This document shows positions 38,926 to 44,686 of a stretch of 44,686 nucleotides of DNA, piece by piece. A program made the position numbers and the translations under genes. Position 1 is the stretch's first letter, and every line of letters starts with the position of its first letter. The notes under the pieces are model-generated. The model did no database searches. It had not been told where the DNA came from and saw only the letters and a list, made by a program, of their open reading frames with translations. This stretch comes from Vulcanimicrobiales bacterium (lineage in GTDB: Bacteria; Vulcanimicrobiota; Vulcanimicrobiia; Vulcanimicrobiales; Vulcanimicrobiaceae), in NCBI GenBank assembly GCA_038215615.1, contig JBBQQR010000018.1:1-44686 (forward strand), given 5' to 3'.

Positions 38926-41430
38926 GTGAATAACGATATCATAACGCAGATCAACGTCGAAGACGAAATGCGGGAGAGTTACCTCTCCTATGCGATGTCT
39001 GTCATTGCATCGCGGGCCCTCCCCGACGTGCGCGACGGCCTCAAACCGGTCCAGCGCCGCATCCTCTTCGCGATGCGCGAAATGGGCATGGACCCCACCA
39101 AGCAGCACCGCAAATGCGCCGGTATCATCGGCGAAGTTCTGAAGTCCTACCATCCGCACGGCGACAGTTCGGTGTACGACGCGCTCGTGCGCTTGGCCCA
39201 GGATTTTACGCTGCGCTATCCGCTGGTCGACGGGCATGGCAACTTCGGATCGATCGATCCCGATCCGCCGGCCGCTTACCGTTATACGGAAGCCCGCCTG
39301 GCGCGCGCGGCGCTCGAGGTGCTAAGCGACATCGACAAAGAGACGGTGCCCTTCATTGCCAACTTCGACAATCAAGGTACTGAGCCGACGGTTCTTCCGG
39401 GCAAATTGCCGCAACTGTTGCTCAACGGTTCCAGCGGCATCGCAGTCGGCATGGCGACGAATATTCCGCCGCACAATCTCAACGAAATTGCCGACGCGAT
39501 CGCGGCGATCATCGACGATCCCCAGGTCGACGACGACGCGCTGTGCGCGATCGTGCAAGGTCCGGACTTTCCGACCGGTGGTACGGTCATGGGACACGAG
39601 GCGATCAAGGAAGCCTACAAAACCGGCCGCGGCTCGATTATCATTCGCGGCAAGGCCGAGATCGTCGAGGAACGCGGCAAGCACAAGATCATCATCTCCG
39701 AAATTCCGTATCAGGTGTATCGCGGACGCATCGTCGAGGCTATCGCCGAAGCGCATGCCGAGAAACGCATCCAGGGTATCTCCGCGCTGCACGACGAGTC
39801 CAACCGAAAAGGCATGCGCGTCGTCGTGGAGCTGCAGCGCAGCGCGACGCCGAAAATCGTGCTGAACCAGCTCTACAAACATACGCCGCTGCAATCGTCA
39901 TTTGGTTACAACATGCTCGCGCTGGTGCCGGCCGGCCCTCCGCGCCCGGATGGTTCGGTCCCGCTCGAACCGCAAGTGCTTCCGCTCAAAGCGTTGCTGG
40001 AACACTACATCGCGCACCGCAAGGACGTTGTGCAAAAGCGCACCGCCTTCGATTTACGCAAAGCCGAAGAGCGCGCGCATCTGCTTGAGGGCTACCGGAT
40101 TGCGCTCGATAACATCGACGAAGTCATCGAGATCGTGCGCGGCAGCCAAACGACCGACGAAGCGCGCGAAAAACTCACCAAACGTTTTAAACTCAGCGAC
40201 GTGCAAGCGGCAGCAATTGTCGACATGCGCCTGCGCACGCTGGTCGGCCTCGAGCGGCAGAAGATCGAAGACGAATACCGCGACCTGATCAAACTGATCG
40301 CGGAACTGCAGGACATCCTCAAGAGCCCGCGCCGCATTTTGGCTATCATTAAAGCCGAAGTGCAGGACGTCAAGAAAAAATTTGGCGACGACCGCCGTAC
40401 GGAAATTATTCCGGCCGAAGACGAATTTTCGGTTGAAGCGCTCATTCCAAACATCGAAGTCGTCGTTACCTACACGGTAGGCGGCTACATCAAGCGCGTC
40501 TCGGTCGATACGTTCAAGACGCAGAACCGCGGGGGCCGCGGCGTTATCGGCATCGCCAACCTGAAACGCGAAGACGTCGTGCGCAATTTCTTTATCACGA
40601 AGACGCACGACCACGTGCTTTTCTTTACCAACAAGGGTCGCGCTTACAGATTGCGCGGATTCGAAATTCCCGACACCACGCGGCAAGCCCGCGGGACGGC
40701 GCTCGTCAATCTGCTGACGCTGCCGCCGGGCGAAGAGGTCAGCGCGGTCTTCCCGGTCACGCAGTTCGGCGGCGAGCGCTACATGGTGATGGTCACGCGC
40801 AACGGCGTCATCAAGAAAACCAAACTCGACGAGTTCGCCAACGTGCGCCGCAACGGACTTAACGCGATCAATCTCGATGAAGGCGACGAATTGCTTTCGG
40901 TCGATCTCTCCGACGGTACGCGCGATATCATTCTCGCATCGCAGCGCGGTATGGCCGTACACTTTAACGAAAAAGGCGTGCGTCCGATGGGGCGCAACGC
41001 GCGAGGCGTGAAGGCGATGACGCTTGACAAAGGCGATTCGCTCATCGCGATGGACGTTGTCGAAGACGAGCGCCGCGAAGTGCTGCTCGTCACCACTCGC
41101 GCTTTCGGCAAGCGCACGCCGATCAGCGAGTATCGTCATACGGCGCGCGGCGGCAAAGGCGTGAAGGCGTTCGCAAAGGAGCGCGAAGACATCGGTCAAG
41201 TGGTCGATCAAATTTTGGTCGCGGCCGAAGACCAGCTGTTGATGATCACCTCGGCTAACCAAGTGATCCGCATCAACGTCGGCGAGATTCGCAAAGCCGG
41301 CCGGTCGACCAAGGGCGTTCGCCTTCAGCGCTTAGGCGATGGCGACGAAGTTATCGCGATCACCAACCTGGGCAAGCAGGCGGCGCAACTCACGGAAATC
41401 ACGGGAGAACCGCAGCAGACCGAGCTGTAG
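38926..41430 (+). CDS. gyrA: DNA gyrase subunit A
   Basis: [22 protein letters not shown], catalytic RYTE, GyrA-box QNRGGRG and C-terminal pinwheel repeats. Confidence 0.95.
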   Translation: MNNDIITQINVEDEMRESYLSYAMSVIASRALPDVRDGLKPVQRRILFAMREMGMDPTKQHRKCAGIIGEVLKSYHPHGDSSVYDALVRLAQDFTLRYPLVDGHGNFGSIDPDPPAAYRYTEARLARAALEVLSDIDKETVPFIANFDNQGTEPTVLPGKLPQLLLNGSSGIAVGMATNIPPHNLNEIADAIAAIIDDPQVDDDALCAIVQGPDFPTGGTVMGHEAIKEAYKTGRGSIIIRGKAEIVEERGKHKIIISEIPYQVYRGRIVEAIAEAHAEKRIQGISALHDESNRKGMRVVVELQRSATPKIVLNQLYKHTPLQSSFGYNMLALVPAGPPRPDGSVPLEPQVLPLKALLEHYIAHRKDVVQKRTAFDLRKAEERAHLLEGYRIALDNIDEVIEIVRGSQTTDEAREKLTKRFKLSDVQAAAIVDMRLRTLVGLERQKIEDEYRDLIKLIAELQDILKSPRRILAIIKAEVQDVKKKFGDDRRTEIIPAEDEFSVEALIPNIEVVVTYTVGGYIKRVSVDTFKTQNRGGRGVIGIANLKREDVVRNFFITKTHDHVLFFTNKGRAYRLRGFEIPDTTRQARGTALVNLLTLPPGEEVSAVFPVTQFGGERYMVMVTRNGVIKKTKLDEFANVRRNGLNAINLDEGDELLSVDLSDGTRDIILASQRGMAVHFNEKGVRPMGRNARGVKAMTLDKGDSLIAMDVVEDERREVLLVTTRAFGKRTPISEYRHTARGGKGVKAFAKEREDIGQVVDQILVAAEDQLLMITSANQVIRINVGEIRKAGRSTKGVRLQRLGDGDEVIAITNLGKQAAQLTEITGEPQQTEL

Positions 41431-41539
41431 TTCGCCCCTCGACGCGGTCGCCTGCGCCAGCATGCCCTGAGCCGGGTCGAAGGGAACCACCCCCAGAGTA
41501 GCGCGCGTTCAGCGCGCCAGTCGAAGGGCGAGGGGCGAA
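41431..41539. repeat. REP/MITE-like nested palindromic element
   Basis: Terminal 11-bp inverted repeat TTCGCCCCTCG/CGAGGGGCGAA enclosing two CCC..GAG...GTCGAAGGG units (41465-41484 and 41491-41528). Confidence 0.6.
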
Positions 41540-41588
41540 ACTCGGAGGCCCGCGCAGATGTTAGATAAGCTGGAGGAACGAACCACAA

Positions 41589-41915
41589 GTGAGCGCTTTA
41601 GCCGACGTAACGGAGACCAATTTTCAACAGGAAGTTTTGGGATCGGGGGAACCCGTTCTTGTCGACTTTTGGGCAGACTGGTGCGGGCCGTGCAAGATGC
41701 TTGCGCCGGTAGTCGAGAAGGTAGCCGCATCGCATGCGGGCCGCGTAAAGTTTGTGAAACTCGACACCGATAAGAATCAGCACTTGGCGGTCGAGTACCA
41801 AGTCTCGGGCATTCCTTGCCTCATTCTTTTCAAGGGCGGCAAGGCCGTCGATCGCATCGTGGGATACGTTTCGGAGCAAACGATCACATCGATGCTCAGC
41901 AAACATTTGAATTGA
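41589..41915 (+). CDS. trxA: Thioredoxin
   Basis: VDFWADWCGPC; GGAGG upstream. Confidence 0.95.
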   Translation: MSALADVTETNFQQEVLGSGEPVLVDFWADWCGPCKMLAPVVEKVAASHAGRVKFVKLDTDKNQHLAVEYQVSGIPCLILFKGGKAVDRIVGYVSEQTITSMLSKHLN

Positions 41916-43243
41916 GGCAGCTGCCGGCCGTACACCGGTTTTTAGACGACCCCCGGATCGCGATGTTCGAGGGTATTGTCGGCAGAGAGAACGTCAAGCG
42001 CAGCATAGCGCAAACGCTGGAAGACGCGCGTCACGTTCCGCTCAACGGCGGCTATTCGTTCGAGTCGCTCTCCGCCACCATCATCGATCGCTTGCGGGCC
42101 GGCGCCTTCGAGTCGCTCGTTCCGGTTGTGAACGCAACGGGCATACTCTTGCACACGAATCTCGGGCGAGCTCCGCTCGCGCCGGCTGCGCTGGCGGCCA
42201 TCGGTCGCATTGGCGCGAGCTATTCGAATGTGGAGTACGATCTGGAACGCGGCGAACGGGGATCGCGCTACGGCCGCGCGGTTTCGCTGCTCGCTTCGCT
42301 AACGGGCGCGCAGAGCGCGCTCGTGGTGAACAATTGCGCTGCGGCAGTTTTGCTGGTCCTCGACACTTTTGCCAAAACCCGCGACGTCATCGTCGCGCGC
42401 AGCCAGCTCATCGAGATCGGCGGAGGGTTCCGGCTCCCCGACGTTTTGGAGCGCACCGGTGCGCATCTTGTGGAAGCCGGCGCCACCAACAAAGTCTACA
42501 TCGAGGATTACGAACGCGCGCTCTCGCCGCATACCGCGCTGCTGATGCGGGCGCATCCGTCGAACTATGCGATAACCGGATTTACACATGAACCCGATCC
42601 GAAAGAACTCGCCGAACTCGGCCGCCGCACAGGCATTCCCGTGCTGGAAGATTTGGGAAGCGGAGCTTTCTGCGATCTCGCTCAGTTTGGCCTCGCACAC
42701 GAACGCACCGTGCAAGAAGCAATCGCCGATGGCATCGATCTGGTCACGTTCTCCGGCGACAAACTTTTGGGCGGTCCGCAAGCCGGAATCATCGCCGGAT
42801 CCGCCGCACTAATCGCGCGCCTGCGCGCGAATCCGTTGCTCCGCGCTCTCCGCGTCGACAAGCTCACGCTGGCCGCGCTCACGGAAACGCTGCGTATCTG
42901 GTCCGCCCCCGATCGCCGCAATGAGATTCCGCTTTACGCGATGCTCTCGGCAACGGTCGATCAGTTGCGCGCGCGCGCTGCCTCGTACGTAAAGGCGGTC
43001 GAAAGCGCAGAAGTCGTCGAAACGACGTCGTACGCGGGCGGAGGATCGCTGCCGCAATCGGCCCTGCCGTCGCTGGGCGTCGCGCTGCGGCCGCAGTCGG
43101 GCGCATCTGCCGCCGCCGCGCGCTTGAGAAAAAGTGATCGACCCGTTATCGCGCGCATCGAAGACGGCCGGCTGATCCTGGATTTGCGCACGATTGCTCC
43201 TTCCGAAGACGCGGTCGCGATAGCAGCGCTCAAAGCACTGTAG
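41912..43243 (+). CDS. selA: L-seryl-tRNA(Sec) selenium transferase
   Basis: RQLPAV, NATGILLHTNLGRAPL, VNNCAAAV, EIGGGFR, FSGDKLLGGPQAG and RALRVDK; TTG 41912 overlaps the trxA stop. Confidence 0.95.
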   Translation: MRQLPAVHRFLDDPRIAMFEGIVGRENVKRSIAQTLEDARHVPLNGGYSFESLSATIIDRLRAGAFESLVPVVNATGILLHTNLGRAPLAPAALAAIGRIGASYSNVEYDLERGERGSRYGRAVSLLASLTGAQSALVVNNCAAAVLLVLDTFAKTRDVIVARSQLIEIGGGFRLPDVLERTGAHLVEAGATNKVYIEDYERALSPHTALLMRAHPSNYAITGFTHEPDPKELAELGRRTGIPVLEDLGSGAFCDLAQFGLAHERTVQEAIADGIDLVTFSGDKLLGGPQAGIIAGSAALIARLRANPLLRALRVDKLTLAALTETLRIWSAPDRRNEIPLYAMLSATVDQLRARAASYVKAVESAEVVETTSYAGGGSLPQSALPSLGVALRPQSGASAAAARLRKSDRPVIARIEDGRLILDLRTIAPSEDAVAIAALKAL

Positions 43244-43245
43244 CC

Positions 43246-44686
43246 ATGCACATCGTCGGCACGGCGGGGCACGTCGATCACGGAAAGTCTGCGCTCGTGA
43301 ACGCGCTGACGGGAACGAACCCCGATCGCTGGCTGGAAGAGCAAATGCGCGGTATGACGCTCGATCTGGGTTTCGCGCATTTGAACCTCGACGGCGTCGA
43401 AGCCGGCATCATCGACGTTCCCGGACACGAGCGGTTCCTGCACAACATGCTCGCGGGCGCGGCCGGCATGGAATTGCTGCTGTTAGTCGTCGCGGCCGAT
43501 GAAGGCGTGCGGCCGCAGACTGTTGAGCACCTGCAGATTCTACGCTATCTCAACGTGCGCGCCACGATCGTGGCGGTCACGAAGTCCGATCTCCTTTCAC
43601 CTGAAGAGCTCGCGCGCAGCTGCGAAGAGATCCGGGGTGCTCTGCAAGGAACGATCGCGCAGGATGCGCCGCTGGCTCCGGTCTCCAGCACGACGCGCGC
43701 CGGCTTGGACGAATTGCGGGCGCGTATGCAATCGATTTTGGCGCAATTCCCGCCGCGCAATCCGGATGCGCCGGCATATCTGCCGATCGACCGCGTCTTC
43801 GTGCTGCCGGGGCACGGAACGATCGTCACCGGAACCCTGATGCAGGGAACCATGAGCGTGGGCGATCGCGTGAAGCTGGAGCCGAGCGGCAAGGCAGTGC
43901 GCATTCGCAGCCTGCAGAGTTTCGGCAAGCCGCAACAAACCGTTGCGGGCGGCGCGCGCGTCGCCGCCAATTTGCCGGGCGTTGATGTTGGCGAGATCGC
44001 GCGGGGAGAGGTGCTGGTCGCATCCGAACTGGCGGCCGCGCAGACGTTTGCCGTGCAGTTTACTGCTTTGCCCGAGGCGCTGCCGATCTTGCGGCGCCGC
44101 AATCCGATTCGCGCGTACATCGGTTCCGCCGAAATTTTAGGGACGCTCGTGCTGGGCGAGGAGCCTCGCGCACGCGTAACAATCGGCGGTACGCTTTTCT
44201 TGCGGCGTGCCACGGTCGCCTATCCCGGAACGGCCTTTGTGGTGAGGCGTCTTTCGCCGAAAAATTTGCTGGGCGGAGGCCGCATCGAAAGCGGCGCCAT
44301 CGCCGTAGAAAAGAGCAGCATAAAGTCGCACGACGAGGACGCGGTGCTCGGCGTATTGCGGCGCGGACTCGCCGCACTGACGGCGACGGAGATTTCGCGC
44401 GAGGCGAACCTGCGCGAAGCGCTGGTCGAAGCGCTTCTCAAGAATTTGGAAAGCAGCGGCGATGTGTTTGCGGTCTTGCGGCCGCCCGCATTTGTTGACT
44501 CGGATCGCGTCGAGAAGCTGCTCCAAGCCGTGCTGCGTTTTTTAGAAGAAGCGCAGACTCGTGAACCGTGGGCGATGGGCGCGACCTCGGTGTCGATCGC
44601 GCGTGCGTTCGACGTGCCCGAAGCGCTGCTGGTGCGCTTACTGAACGCCCTCGCCGAGGAGGGTCGCCTCGCGCGCCGTTCGGGCT
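43246..44686 (+). CDS. selB: Selenocysteine-specific elongation factor SelB (3' truncated by the window)
   Basis: Not in the ORF track because it has no stop in the window. MHIVGTAGHVDHGKS..TGTNPDRWLEEQMRGMTLDLGF..DVPGHERF..TKSD, PIDRVF..GHGTIVTGTL. Confidence 0.95.
   Translation, partial: MHIVGTAGHVDHGKSALVNALTGTNPDRWLEEQMRGMTLDLGFAHLNLDGVEAGIIDVPGHERFLHNMLAGAAGMELLLLVVAADEGVRPQTVEHLQILRYLNVRATIVAVTKSDLLSPEELARSCEEIRGALQGTIAQDAPLAPVSSTTRAGLDELRARMQSILAQFPPRNPDAPAYLPIDRVFVLPGHGTIVTGTLMQGTMSVGDRVKLEPSGKAVRIRSLQSFGKPQQTVAGGARVAANLPGVDVGEIARGEVLVASELAAAQTFAVQFTALPEALPILRRRNPIRAYIGSAEILGTLVLGEEPRARVTIGGTLFLRRATVAYPGTAFVVRRLSPKNLLGGGRIESGAIAVEKSSIKSHDEDAVLGVLRRGLAALTATEISREANLREALVEALLKNLESSGDVFAVLRPPAFVDSDRVEKLLQAVLRFLEEAQTREPWAMGATSVSIARAFDVPEALLVRLLNALAEEGRLARRSG

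Noticed and set aside
40054..41262. 402-aa antisense ORF
   Set aside because: Shadow of gyrA
41431..41588. tRNA-Sec (selC) or SRP RNA upstream of trxA-selAB
   Set aside because: No UCA anticodon arm, T-loop or SRP consensus loop is recognisable

Overview
High-GC bacterial chromosomal window with no RNA genes, CRISPR array or transposase seen. The organism is probably diderm, since a secretin is present, but it carries several Bacillota-like genes. Eremiobacterota/Vulcanimicrobiota is a guess only. Contents in order: (1) 1-11.4 kb, a divergently transcribed Tad/Flp pilus locus with a CpaE-CpaF fusion ATPase, two A24 prepilin peptidases, two tandem flp genes (the second broken by one in-frame TAA just before its cleavage Gly) and two uncharacterised co-transcribed genes. 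(2) A pepP-pncA-NCS1 permease-ABC operon. (3) A redox/metal-stress patch with a YkuU/YkuV-type peroxiredoxin and its reductase, a hemerythrin, a cupin, a DoxX-like protein, a decayed YciI remnant and a 43-aa Cys/His-rich metallothionein that the ORF track misses. (4) comEC, an epimerase, an O-methyltransferase, leuS, comEA, an acyl-CoA synthetase, a PadR regulator, two tandem S10 carboxypeptidases and a VPS10/BNR beta-propeller protein. (5) tsaE-tsaB-rimI-yqeK-rsfS divergent from a lone gyrA, then a REP-like palindromic element and trxA-selA-selB (truncated at the window edge). All calls come from motif recognition by eye; no database searches were run.
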